In this document: one piece after another, positions 17,827-27,390 of the stretch
Position numbering within the stretch: the stretch's first letter is position 1
Layout of the letters: each line of letters opens with the position of its first letter
Made by a program: the position numbers and the translations under genes
The notes under the pieces: model-generated
Databases searched by the model: none
The model's input: the letters and a program-made list of their open reading frames with translations, nothing else
What the model was told of the DNA's origin: nothing
Origin: Candidatus Dojkabacteria bacterium
Lineage (GTDB): Bacteria > Patescibacteriota > Dojkabacteria > B142 > OLB20
Assembly: GCA_035444565.1 (NCBI GenBank)
Contig: DAOMOX010000001.1
Span: 258,335 to 322,334, forward strand
Direction of reading: 5' to 3'
Length of the DNA stretch: 64,000 nt

Positions 17827-19095
17827 CTACCGTCCAATTCCTTTGTAATAAATTCCCAATTGATGGATTTTCTCAGAATCCAAACAATTTCTTCCATCAA
17901 TGATTGCTTTTAATTTTGGGTATTTAGAAAAATCGACCTTTTTAATCTCATTATGATTTGTAGCAACTAATAGAGCTTCTGCAGATTTCAAACCTTTCTC
18001 TAATGACTCCACATTCGACATATCAAGTAAATATGGATCGAATTTAATAATATCTGCACCAAGTTCTTCTAGCAATTTCAATATCTTCAAAGCAGGGCTT
18101 TCTCGTAGATCTCCTACATTAGCTTTATAGGATAATCCATACACCATTACTTTCGTACCCTTTACTGGCATGGAGATTGCATTTAATCCATCTTGTAATA
18201 AATCAACAGTATAGTTTGGCATGCTGTTGTTCACCTCTCTAGCATATTTTAAGAATTGGTGATCAAAACCACTTTGTTTTGCTCTTTTTATCAAATAATA
18301 TGGATCAACTGGAATACAATGACCTCCTACTCCGGCTCCAGGATAATGCGCCATAAAAGCAAACGGTTTATTTGAAGCTGCTTCAATTGTTTCTACTAAA
18401 TCAATTCCCATTTTATCGAATGATTTCGCAAGTTCGTTTACATAGGCAATATTAATATCTCGGAAAGTGTTTTCAATAATTTTTGTTGATTCGGCCACCT
18501 TCAATGACGAAACCACATTGACTTGAGCTTTTATAAATGTTCTATAGAATTTTGCAATTTCCTCCGCACCACTTTTCGTAGTTGCTCCAATATTTCTAGG
18601 GATGTTGTATACGCTCCATCTTGGGTCCCCTGGATTTATCCTCTCTGGACAATGCGCAAGATCAAAGTCTTTACCTGCTTTCAATCCCGAAACTTCCTCA
18701 ATCACAGGGATTACTTCTTCTTCACACACTCCGGGATTAATGGTTGATTCAACGATAACCTTTGCACCAGTTTTCATATTCCTAGCAATGGTTGCAGAAG
18801 CTGACTTCACTGGGCCTAAATCGGGCTCAAATAAATCTGTGACAGGTGTAGGGACACATACAATATAGAAATCTGCGTTTTTAATTTTTGATTCATCTTT
18901 CGTAGCTTGAACCTTCGTTTCTTTCATCCTCTCTTCAAGTTCAGGATCACTAAATGGTGGTTTACCAGAATCTATTGCTTTCAAAACTCTATCTGAGATA
19001 TCAAATCCAACTACATCATACTTCCCAGTTTCTTTGATAGCGACTGCGAGAGGTAATCCGACATAACCTAGGCCTAAAACTACTACTTTTTTCAT
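17827..19095 (-). CDS. Nucleotide-sugar dehydrogenase (UDP-N-acetyl-D-mannosamine / UDP-glucose 6-dehydrogenase family)
   Basis: 422 aa. 'KKVVVLGLGYVGLPLAVAI' N-terminal NAD Rossmann. Catalytic-Cys region 'GGHCIPVDPYYL'. C-terminal UDP-binding domain present. Confidence 0.85.
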   Translation of the reverse strand: MKKVVVLGLGYVGLPLAVAIKETGKYDVVGFDISDRVLKAIDSGKPPFSDPELEERMKETKVQATKDESKIKNADFYIVCVPTPVTDLFEPDLGPVKSASATIARNMKTGAKVIVESTINPGVCEEEVIPVIEEVSGLKAGKDFDLAHCPERINPGDPRWSVYNIPRNIGATTKSGAEEIAKFYRTFIKAQVNVVSSLKVAESTKIIENTFRDINIAYVNELAKSFDKMGIDLVETIEAASNKPFAFMAHYPGAGVGGHCIPVDPYYLIKRAKQSGFDHQFLKYAREVNNSMPNYTVDLLQDGLNAISMPVKGTKVMVYGLSYKANVGDLRESPALKILKLLEELGADIIKFDPYLLDMSNVESLEKGLKSAEALLVATNHNEIKKVDFSKYPKLKAIIDGRNCLDSEKIHQLGIYYKGIGR

Positions 19096-19223
19096 ATTCT
19101 AGAAAGATTAATTACGAAAACAGATTGTACCAGAAAGAGTGATTCAATTAATATAATATTCACTTTTACATTGACTGACGCAAGATTCCATATTATTATC
19201 ATAACAACTATTAGTAATTCCAA

Positions 19224-19373
19224 ATGAATGAAATGTTTTCTTATAACCCATTAGTTAATGGTCCTATCCTAAATAACCCACGACCAGAAGATCCTAGTGA
19301 CGAAGGACTGGGCGATCCCACAGACGAGGGATTAGGTGATCCTACCGACGAAGGTTTAGGAGATCCATATTAA
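19224..19373 (+). CDS. Possible small protein (49 aa) ending in three tandem DP(S/T)DEGLG octapeptide repeats
   Basis: ATG at 19224. Translation MNEMFSYNPLVNGPILNNPRPE-DPSDEGLG-DPTDEGLG-DPTDEGLG-DPY*. Not in the ORF track (<60 aa). The repeat codons vary at synonymous positions, which hints at selection on the peptide, but coding status is unproven. Confidence 0.25.
   Translation: MNEMFSYNPLVNGPILNNPRPEDPSDEGLGDPTDEGLGDPTDEGLGDPY
19290..19361 (+). repeat. 24-bp direct tandem repeat x3 (gatcc[t/c]a[g/c][t/c]gacga[a/g]gg[a/t][c/t]t[a/g]gg[c/t/a])
   Basis: Three consecutive 24-bp units at 19290-19313, 19314-19337 and 19338-19361, read directly. They lie inside the small ORF above. Confidence 0.7.
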
Positions 19374-19444
19374 AGTAACCCTATCTAGACACATAGAAAA
19401 ATCTCTCCTGCAATGTTATCATTACTCCATATATCACTAATTTT

Positions 19445-20392
19445 ATGAAACTAGGAATAATTATCCCTGCCCTCAATGAGGAGAAAAAGATCTCCACAAC
19501 GATTTCAAAAATACCAAAGAAGATTAATAACATCGACGAAATAAAAATCCTGGTAATTGATGACGGTTCAACTGACAATACGAGTTCTATGGCAAGGAAT
19601 TCAGGAGCCGATGTGATTCAACATAACAAAAACAAAGGTGTTGGAGTTGCTTTTCAGACAGGATTAGAATGGGCACTAGAAAAAAGAGTCGATATTCTAG
19701 TGAATATTGATGCAGATGGACAATTCAACCCAGATGATATTCCATTTCTAATTGAACCAATATTAAACAACGGAACTGATGTCGTGGTAGCCAATAGGTT
19801 CAACAACGGAATGCCATCGGATATGCCCAAAGGGAAATACCTGGGGAACAAAATGATGTCATATCTAATAAGTAAACTTTCTGGTATGGAACTTAAAGAT
19901 GTATCTTCTGGATTTAGAGCATTCAATAAAGAGGCTATGTACAAATTGAACCTTATAGGTAACTTCACATACACACAGGAATCAATTCTAGACCTTGCAA
20001 CAAAAGGTTTGAGAATTATAAACCAGCCCGTACAAGTCACTTACTTCAAATCCCGAAAATCCAGAGTCGCATCAAACTTATTAAGCTATGCAATTAAAAC
20101 TTCCCTTATAATCTTCAGAAGTTTCCGCGATTATAGTCCATTGAAATTTTTTGGTTTTGTGGGATTAATCCTATTCATACTAGGCTTACTTTTTGACTTG
20201 TTTACACTACAGCATTATTTACGTACTGGTGGGTTTACTCCGTATGTCTCGGTTGTTTTAACAGGTATTTATTTAAATACGGTTGGTTTTGGAATTATTA
20301 TCTTAGGAGTTATTGCGGATATGTTCGACAGAGTTAGAAGAAACCAGGAAAACATATTGTATTTATTAAAGAGAGAGAGATATGACAAGTAG
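19445..20392 (+). CDS. Polyprenyl-phosphate glycosyltransferase, GT2 with C-terminal TM helices (GtrB/DPM1-like)
   Basis: 315 aa. 'LGIIIPALNEEKKI', 'VIDDGSTDNT', 'VNIDADGQF' (DxD). C-terminal hydrophobic helices 'FFGFVGLILFILGLLFDLF'. Confidence 0.75.
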   Translation: MKLGIIIPALNEEKKISTTISKIPKKINNIDEIKILVIDDGSTDNTSSMARNSGADVIQHNKNKGVGVAFQTGLEWALEKRVDILVNIDADGQFNPDDIPFLIEPILNNGTDVVVANRFNNGMPSDMPKGKYLGNKMMSYLISKLSGMELKDVSSGFRAFNKEAMYKLNLIGNFTYTQESILDLATKGLRIINQPVQVTYFKSRKSRVASNLLSYAIKTSLIIFRSFRDYSPLKFFGFVGLILFILGLLFDLFTLQHYLRTGGFTPYVSVVLTGIYLNTVGFGIIILGVIADMFDRVRRNQENILYLLKRERYDK

Positions 20393-21509
20393 TAGACCCA
20401 TCTACCTCATTCTAGGAACAAGAGCCCAAACAATAAAAATGGCTCCGGTTATGAGAGAACTTGAAGCTCAAAAAGTACCATTCACCCTACTCTACACTCA
20501 ACAACACAAAGTGACAATCACCGATCTTCTGGAGAATTTTGATATCAAAACGAAACCCATTAGCATTATAGAGAGAAAAGATGAAGCGAAAACAATTAAA
20601 TTATTTGCTGGTTGGTTAATTCAGATTCTTCTGATTACATTAAATCCTTTTAGTGCAAAAAAAATCTTTACACAAGGGAAAGGTTTAATCCTCACACATG
20701 GAGACACTGCAACTACCTCATGGTCGGCATTCTACGGAAGGCTCCATGGCCAGAAAGTAATGCATATCGAATCTGGGCTTAGGTCTTTCAATTTGATGAA
20801 CCCATTCCCTGAAGAAATACAGAGATTGATAAGTTTCCGATTTAGCAATTATTACGTAGCTCCAAATGAATGGGCACTAAATAATTTACGAAAGTACAAA
20901 GGTGAAAAAATTAATTCACAAGCGAATACCATGTACGAAGCACTCTCCTATATTATCAAAAAGAAAAATCCTGAAATTTTATCAAAATTAAAAAAGAAAT
21001 TTAAACTTCCAGCCAAATTCGCACTCGTATCAATTCATAGATATGAAAACATTTTTAAGGAAGAAAGGTTTAAAGAAATTCTAGATTTATTAGATAAAAT
21101 ATCAAAAGACATAAATCTCGTTTTTGTACTGCATCCTCCTACCGAAAAGCAACTGGAGAAAACTGGTTTAGGAGAGAAATTGGAGAAAAACAATAAAATT
21201 CAATTAATTCCTAGACAAGATTTTCAGAATTTTGCATACATAACGGACTTGGCTGAATTTGTAATCACCGATGGTGGTAGTAACCAGGAAGAGCTAAGCT
21301 ACATGGGCAAACCTACTATTTTATTTAGAGAATATACCGAGAGAACCGAAGGACTTGATGAGAATGTATTGTTATCGAAGTTCGACCATGAAGTCATTTT
21401 TTACTTCGTGAAGAATCATAAAGATTATCAGCGGAAACCCCTCAACTTGAAAGTTGCTCCTTCAAAACTGATAGTAGAGTTTGTTAAAAAAGTTAATAAA
21501 ATTGACTAG
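20382..21509 (+). CDS. UDP-N-acetylglucosamine 2-epimerase-like (WecB/MnaA family, non-hydrolysing)
   Basis: 375 aa. 'ILGTRAQTIKMAPV', 'THGDTATTSWSAFYG', 'HIESGLRSF..NPFPEEIQR' parallel WecB motifs (HGDTTTT, H.EAGLR, PWPEE.NR). Confidence 0.65.
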   Translation: MTSSRPIYLILGTRAQTIKMAPVMRELEAQKVPFTLLYTQQHKVTITDLLENFDIKTKPISIIERKDEAKTIKLFAGWLIQILLITLNPFSAKKIFTQGKGLILTHGDTATTSWSAFYGRLHGQKVMHIESGLRSFNLMNPFPEEIQRLISFRFSNYYVAPNEWALNNLRKYKGEKINSQANTMYEALSYIIKKKNPEILSKLKKKFKLPAKFALVSIHRYENIFKEERFKEILDLLDKISKDINLVFVLHPPTEKQLEKTGLGEKLEKNNKIQLIPRQDFQNFAYITDLAEFVITDGGSNQEELSYMGKPTILFREYTERTEGLDENVLLSKFDHEVIFYFVKNHKDYQRKPLNLKVAPSKLIVEFVKKVNKID

Positions 21510-23073
21510 GAATCTATTAAACAATTCAATATCCAAAACAATCAAAATAAACAGAGAGAGTTTATTCATAGCTATTCTTTTCCTAATATTTTCACTCTAT
21601 GGTCTCTTCACATTAAAAGTATATGGGATACATGTAGATGACTTTGTCCAAGCAAAATATGGGGAGTTAATTTCATTGAAGCTGGTGAATCCCAATAATA
21701 ATGATTATCTAAATCTTTCAAACCTCAGATTCTACGGTCCTATATACGAAGTGTTTTTACATTTAATTATTTCATTCTTTGGACTCACCAGAGAAACAAT
21801 CGATTTTTTTTATACGAGAAAATTCATTACATACATAATTTTCCTTATTGGTTGCTTATTTTACTACCTACTTTTAAGAAGACACTTCAATTTTTTTGTC
21901 ACCTCGATTGCAACTTTATTACTTTTCTCAATACCCTCCTACTTCGGATATGCACAAGTTACAACCAAAGAGATTCCACTAATTTCCTTTACTATCATTT
22001 CGTTTTACTTTCTTGATAGATATCTTAGAGGAACGACGAAGAGAAACTTTTTCTTACATTTCTTATTCCTATCGATAGCAATAGCTATTAGACCCTCGGC
22101 TTTAACCTACCTTCCAATAACTTTTCTGCTTATTTTAGCCAATGAAATAAAAAGCTTCAAAGGATTCAAGAGATACATCAAGCAAAGAGGTCTCCCACTA
22201 TTCTTAAACTTGATAATTGCAATTGTAACCATTTCCGGAGTTGTTCTAATTTTCGATCCACACTTAAGGGAGGATCCATTTAACAGATACATCGAAAGAC
22301 TAGAATTCATGTCAACCTTTGATAACGCAGGCTCTATAATGATTGACGGCCAAGTTATGAAGGTTTCCGAGTCTAAGACCTCCGATATGTTTGTTATTGG
22401 TTTAAAAAAAGTTCCAGAAATATTTATTTCCTTTTCATTGATAGGATTTGTCTTCGGAATATTCCAACTATTTAAGACACCTCTGAAAAAAACATTCACA
22501 AAAAACCGACTTTTTATTATTGGATTACTATGGCTTTTTATTCCTTTATTATCGGTATTTATAAAGGAAACTAATTTCTACAATTTCAGACATCTATTAA
22601 TTTTCCTTCCACCTCTGGGAATATTTCTAGCTTATGGAATTAATTTAATAGTAAAGAGGAAAGATTATCTCGGTAAATTATTTATCGGAATTATAATTCT
22701 AGGGAGTATATATCAAACTTATACAATCTTTAGACTCTTTCCCTATGAGATTACATACTTCAATGAGATTTCAGGAGGTTTGCAGCAGAATAGCGAACTT
22801 TATTCTAATTATCCCGAAGGACTTGCAGAAGCAGAAGCAATAATAGAAGTGTGTGAGGAAGATGAGGAAAAACTAATCTCTGGACCATTTGTCAGTATCT
22901 ATCTTCCATACTATTGTCCAAATGCGAAGTATAGCGACAAATACGAGCAATCAGACTACATTATTACCTATGATTTCTACGAGAAATTACAGCCTGTGCC
23001 AATGGATACGAAACTAATAGACACTATTGAGAGGGATAACGCGAATATTCTAAATATTTATAAAACTAAATAA
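21481..23073 (+). CDS. Polytopic membrane protein, probable GT-C-type glycosyltransferase (ArnT/PMT/GacL-like)
   Basis: 530 aa with >10 hydrophobic helices. An acidic loop motif (…DD…) follows the first TM helix, as in GT-C enzymes. Call from architecture only. Confidence 0.45.
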   Translation: MLKKLIKLTRNLLNNSISKTIKINRESLFIAILFLIFSLYGLFTLKVYGIHVDDFVQAKYGELISLKLVNPNNNDYLNLSNLRFYGPIYEVFLHLIISFFGLTRETIDFFYTRKFITYIIFLIGCLFYYLLLRRHFNFFVTSIATLLLFSIPSYFGYAQVTTKEIPLISFTIISFYFLDRYLRGTTKRNFFLHFLFLSIAIAIRPSALTYLPITFLLILANEIKSFKGFKRYIKQRGLPLFLNLIIAIVTISGVVLIFDPHLREDPFNRYIERLEFMSTFDNAGSIMIDGQVMKVSESKTSDMFVIGLKKVPEIFISFSLIGFVFGIFQLFKTPLKKTFTKNRLFIIGLLWLFIPLLSVFIKETNFYNFRHLLIFLPPLGIFLAYGINLIVKRKDYLGKLFIGIIILGSIYQTYTIFRLFPYEITYFNEISGGLQQNSELYSNYPEGLAEAEAIIEVCEEDEEKLISGPFVSIYLPYYCPNAKYSDKYEQSDYIITYDFYEKLQPVPMDTKLIDTIERDNANILNIYKTK

Positions 23074-24985
23074 TTTCCGAATCTTCTTTTCCGCTTATTT
23101 TCAATAACTTCTTCAAAATCAAAAGAGAAATTGGACCTACTATTAAAAGAACTGAGGCATTTACAATCCTATCCAGAACGGATGCAACTATAGCATCTTG
23201 TGTACGGATGTTTATTACTTGACTAGCAAAAGCGAACAACACCTCTTTTATCCCCAGTGCTGATGGAGTTATGTTAAGAAATATTGATAATACTGAAAAT
23301 GATGATAAAAAGACATTATCCCAGATTTGAACTATCTCTCCTTTCGTTGTAGTGATATCAAGATATCTGAATTGGAAATACAACAATGAGGCAACTACCA
23401 AGCTATTGAGGCCAGTAATTAAACTCATGATTGCCACTCTTTTTGGTGATTTTGAGATAGTATTCCACCCTTCCACTACACTCTCAACTTTACTTCTAAA
23501 ACCTTCAAAAGGTATCAATCTTAAGAATAGTTTGGTTGCAGACACCGCAAGAATTGATCCTAGGGAAAGTCCCAGGAATGCTAAAGCCACGAGGATACTG
23601 AAAGAAGATGTTCGCAGATATATTATTAGCATAGATAATAATCCCAAAATGCCTATTACAAAAAAATTAATCACATAAGAACCTGCTAATGTGGTGGCGA
23701 ACGAAGAATACCTAAATCCGTGTTTTCTTTTTAAGAACAGTGCAGTCACTCCCATACCAGCTCGGAAAGGGAGGAAGGTATTCGCGAAACTTGTGGCAGT
23801 CGCTAGCGCAATGCTCTCAATCTTCCCAAGATTTACACCGAATTGTCTGTAAAGATACCAAGAAAATAATCCATTAATACTGAGTAAAATCAAATTAAAA
23901 CCGGCGAGGACAATGACTTGCCAATATTTTAGTTCCAGAATAATTTTGAAATCATTGTAATTTTTGTACAAATAATAACCTGCGCCAAGAAGTATCACCA
24001 AGGTAAATAGTAGAGCCAAAAGCTGTTTCGGAGAATTATTAATAAGCAGTTTGTAAAGCCCTTTGAGAATACCGAAATAATACAATAGCACTAGAACCGG
24101 ACCTATTATAAATATTTGTATACTTCTTGTAGGAACATGGTCTAAATAAACAGAGATCGCTAACCACAACAATATTAATAGAATTATTGATGTTATTCCA
24201 AAAAGCCACCAAACCAAATATATACCAGCCAGAGCAAAAATAGGAAACAACAATATCATCCAATGCTTGAGGCTTTTCTTTTTTAGATAATAGTCAGTGA
24301 AGTGTAACCCTCTTTCAATAATATGATAAAGGCTTTTCTTTGTATCATCACGGCCGTAGTTAATTATCCAGATATCAGGGTCAATAACTATATTGTCTTT
24401 TTCTAGGATGTAAGAGAAAAGTCTGGTATCTTCCGAAGACTCACGATTAAAGGTATGTCCATATTTTTCAATTATATGCTTAAATACTGGTTTCTTTATG
24501 AAAAATATAGTTGTTCCTTTGGGGTATACATCGAAATTCTCTTTTGTCAGTACTATCCTTTGTTTACATTCTCTGTAATATTTCCTGAAAAACTGCCTTC
24601 GAATTGCAGAATAAAATACTTCAAAAATTGTTTCTTTTTCCAGTCCTCTGCTATGACCAATTATCATATTATCTTTTTTATTTTTCAGGTTTCGCAGGAT
24701 CTCCTTTGGTACCAGACACCTAGAGTCAACATAAAGCAGATTTTCGTATTTTGCTTCATTCATTGCAGTTTTACGAGCATCAAATCTACCAAGATTTTTC
24801 GGATGATTTACTAATCTTACTCCCTTGAATTTCTTCACTACATCTGCAGTTTTGTCCGTAGATCCGTCATTGACTACAACAATCTCATAATCATCTTTTG
24901 GATATTCAATATCCATAATCGAGTCCAGGAGTTTTCCGATTGCCTTCTCTTCGTTATAGACAGGTATTAAAATTGAGATTTTCAT
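23066..24985 (-). CDS. GT2 glycosyltransferase fused to a C-terminal multi-TM (LPG-synthase-like/flippase-like) domain
   Basis: 639 aa. N-terminus 'MKISILIPVYNEEKAI...YEIVVVNDGSTDKT' is GT2. The C-terminal ~400 aa hold 8+ hydrophobic helices. Confidence 0.65.
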   Translation of the reverse strand: MKISILIPVYNEEKAIGKLLDSIMDIEYPKDDYEIVVVNDGSTDKTADVVKKFKGVRLVNHPKNLGRFDARKTAMNEAKYENLLYVDSRCLVPKEILRNLKNKKDNMIIGHSRGLEKETIFEVFYSAIRRQFFRKYYRECKQRIVLTKENFDVYPKGTTIFFIKKPVFKHIIEKYGHTFNRESSEDTRLFSYILEKDNIVIDPDIWIINYGRDDTKKSLYHIIERGLHFTDYYLKKKSLKHWMILLFPIFALAGIYLVWWLFGITSIILLILLWLAISVYLDHVPTRSIQIFIIGPVLVLLYYFGILKGLYKLLINNSPKQLLALLFTLVILLGAGYYLYKNYNDFKIILELKYWQVIVLAGFNLILLSINGLFSWYLYRQFGVNLGKIESIALATATSFANTFLPFRAGMGVTALFLKRKHGFRYSSFATTLAGSYVINFFVIGILGLLSMLIIYLRTSSFSILVALAFLGLSLGSILAVSATKLFLRLIPFEGFRSKVESVVEGWNTISKSPKRVAIMSLITGLNSLVVASLLYFQFRYLDITTTKGEIVQIWDNVFLSSFSVLSIFLNITPSALGIKEVLFAFASQVINIRTQDAIVASVLDRIVNASVLLIVGPISLLILKKLLKISGKEDSEII

Positions 24986-25788
24986 TTACGATATTTCCAA
25001 ATATAGATACATAAATAATAACCATATAATCCCTGAAGTAAAGCTACTTTCCAGGTGCTAAAACTTTTCCAATATCCATGCCTCAGCATTGAGACCACGA
25101 TTGATTGTATCATCCAAAGCGGTGCAAGAACTGGATTGGCATATTTCTTTTGCTTGTCAATACTATCCTGAAATCTCTTCAAAACTTCTTCGTTGCAATT
25201 ATAATTATCGAAGTCTTCTCTATAAAAAAACTTTGCGTGAACATCTATCCATTTCATCCACTTAGTTCTAAATCTGTTGAAAGTATAGTTATTGTAGAGT
25301 GGTTGATGTTCGAGAACCAAGTCACTTTGCTCAAAATTTCCATATGTCCCAGGATCTTTTCCGGGAAACGAGAAATAGTACATTTTATTCTTACGGAATA
25401 AAACTTTTTTCTGTGGGAAACCTTTCGTAACATATTGTTTCCCATTCCAAAGTGGCCATACGAATGAATATGCATCAATGTCTTTGTTCTCAATCAAATT
25501 TCTAAGATTCTTTTTCATTTCGGGAGAAAGAAATTCATCTGCATCAATTTGGAGAATCCAATCATATTTACATTGGTTGATGGCAAAAACCTGATGAAAC
25601 TCTCGCATTCCACGATGTTCCTGTACAAATATCTTGGCACCAAAATCTTTTGCTATTTCTAAACTTCTATCAGTACATTCTCCATCATGAACAACAACAA
25701 TTTCATCAACCACATCTTTAAGAGAACCTAGGGACCTCTCGATATGTTTCTCTTCATTGTAGATTACTAAAAATGCGGAGATTTTCAT
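24982..25788 (-). CDS. Glycosyltransferase, GT2 family
   Basis: 268 aa. 'MKISAFLVIYNEEKHIERSL...VVVHDGECTDRS', 'QIDADEF' (DxD). Confidence 0.7.
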   Translation of the reverse strand: MKISAFLVIYNEEKHIERSLGSLKDVVDEIVVVHDGECTDRSLEIAKDFGAKIFVQEHRGMREFHQVFAINQCKYDWILQIDADEFLSPEMKKNLRNLIENKDIDAYSFVWPLWNGKQYVTKGFPQKKVLFRKNKMYYFSFPGKDPGTYGNFEQSDLVLEHQPLYNNYTFNRFRTKWMKWIDVHAKFFYREDFDNYNCNEEVLKRFQDSIDKQKKYANPVLAPLWMIQSIVVSMLRHGYWKSFSTWKVALLQGLYGYYLCIYIWKYRK

Positions 25789-26492
25789 TATTTTTTACTT
25801 AGAAGAAAGGTTTTTGAGTAAGGTTTGCCAAAAGTAAGTAGTCTATGGAACCCTTTTGCATAGACCTTAAACATTTTAAATGACATTGACTTTCGATGTT
25901 CGACCAATCTGTATAGCACAGATGAGAAAAGCTTTACGGGTATCCATAAATAAACGTTAAGATTATTGTCGGTTTCTATCAACTTTACTTTATTGCTTTT
26001 CAAGAATTTCTTAAAGTCGTCTTCGTTTGGTTGTCCATAGAGTTTATGTTCATCTAGAAATTTGATTTTATTTAGAAACATCATTCTCAAGATTTTCTCA
26101 AAAGGTTCTGCGTGATCAAGTGGAAAACTCATGATAATGTCATCTTTAGCTACCCTGGCTAGTTCTTTGATGAAAGTCTCTCTATTCTGAGGGGGAACGT
26201 GTTCGAAAGTATCTATACACGTGACTAAATCAAATGTTGAATCTTTGAACTTTGACCTTTTCCCATCATAATTTACAAAATCAACTTCTGGATAGGCTTC
26301 CAGGTCTTCTTTTATAAATCTGTATTCATCAGTCTCAAGCAAAGTTAAACTTACATTTGGAAACTCGGAAATATATCTAGCCAATCCAGGACCATTTGGC
26401 CCAACATCTAACACTTTGAAACTTTTCTTTCCTTTAGATATTTTCTTAATAAAGTTGTATACGTAGAGATATCTTTGAAATGTATCAATCAT
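25788..26492 (-). CDS. Class I SAM-dependent methyltransferase
   Basis: 234 aa. 'FKVLDVGPNGPGLARYI' (motif I GxGxG-like), acidic motif II 'LLETDE', 'DLVTCIDTFEHVP' motif III. Confidence 0.65.
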   Translation of the reverse strand: MIDTFQRYLYVYNFIKKISKGKKSFKVLDVGPNGPGLARYISEFPNVSLTLLETDEYRFIKEDLEAYPEVDFVNYDGKRSKFKDSTFDLVTCIDTFEHVPPQNRETFIKELARVAKDDIIMSFPLDHAEPFEKILRMMFLNKIKFLDEHKLYGQPNEDDFKKFLKSNKVKLIETDNNLNVYLWIPVKLFSSVLYRLVEHRKSMSFKMFKVYAKGFHRLLTFGKPYSKTFLLSKK

Positions 26493-27325
26493 AATAATCC
26501 TTCTTTCACACCTCTAAAAAAATAAGGTAAGTTCTTCGGACGAGGTAATACCCAGAAGAATCCCACAAGTATTGAAAAGAAAATGAAAAGATATTTTTTT
26601 ATGCCATTTAAATCTTTCTTCGCAAAATATATCGCATTCCTGGCAATAAGAAAATCTTTCTTACCTGTATTGTCTTTTGTGGACATTGAGTGATAGTGCC
26701 TTAACTTCCAATCCCAAACAACTTCAATCTTTACGCCATTTTTCTTTGCCCTCATAGAAAAGTCCACATCCTCAAAGTACGACTCATAACTTTCATCAAA
26801 ATAACCTACCTTATCCAAAACATTTTTATGAAAATATAAGAAACATCCGCTTAGAAAGTCAGGCTGAGTCTTTTTAATCTCTGAAATGTGCTTGCCTTTG
26901 TTTACGTTGATCGTACCTCCATAAAGTATTCCAATATCCCCACCAGTATTCTGTACAATATCGTTACCAACATTCATAATCACTGGGGAATAAATTGTGT
27001 CTTTATCCGTCAGCTTTCCAATCTCTGAAATAAATTCATCATCAATTATTACATCATTGTTTCCTATCAAGAACCATTCACAGTTGGTATTTTTTTGTAA
27101 ATATTTAAGACCAAGATTCAGACCTCCACTATAACCGCTATTTTTTTCAGAATTAATTAGAATTACTTCTTTTGACTCGAGTTCTTTTAATTTCTGGGTA
27201 TCTTCTGGAGAATTATTAACAACTATCAACAGATAATCTTTGATACTTTTACTTATTCCTTCTACAAACTGAAGAGTATATTGAAGACTACGGTAATTGA
27301 CAGTTACTACACCTATTTTGTTCAA
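26489..27325 (-). CDS. Glycosyltransferase, GT2 family
   Basis: 278 aa. 'KIGVVTVNYRSLQYT...LLIVVNNS', 'GNNDVIIDDEF'. Confidence 0.7.
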   Translation of the reverse strand: MNKIGVVTVNYRSLQYTLQFVEGISKSIKDYLLIVVNNSPEDTQKLKELESKEVILINSEKNSGYSGGLNLGLKYLQKNTNCEWFLIGNNDVIIDDEFISEIGKLTDKDTIYSPVIMNVGNDIVQNTGGDIGILYGGTINVNKGKHISEIKKTQPDFLSGCFLYFHKNVLDKVGYFDESYESYFEDVDFSMRAKKNGVKIEVVWDWKLRHYHSMSTKDNTGKKDFLIARNAIYFAKKDLNGIKKYLFIFFSILVGFFWVLPRPKNLPYFFRGVKEGLL

Positions 27326-27390
27326 GATTGAAGACTAAAATTTATTAGTAAAGAGAATTATATCAGAATCAAAAACTACAGACAGGCTAT

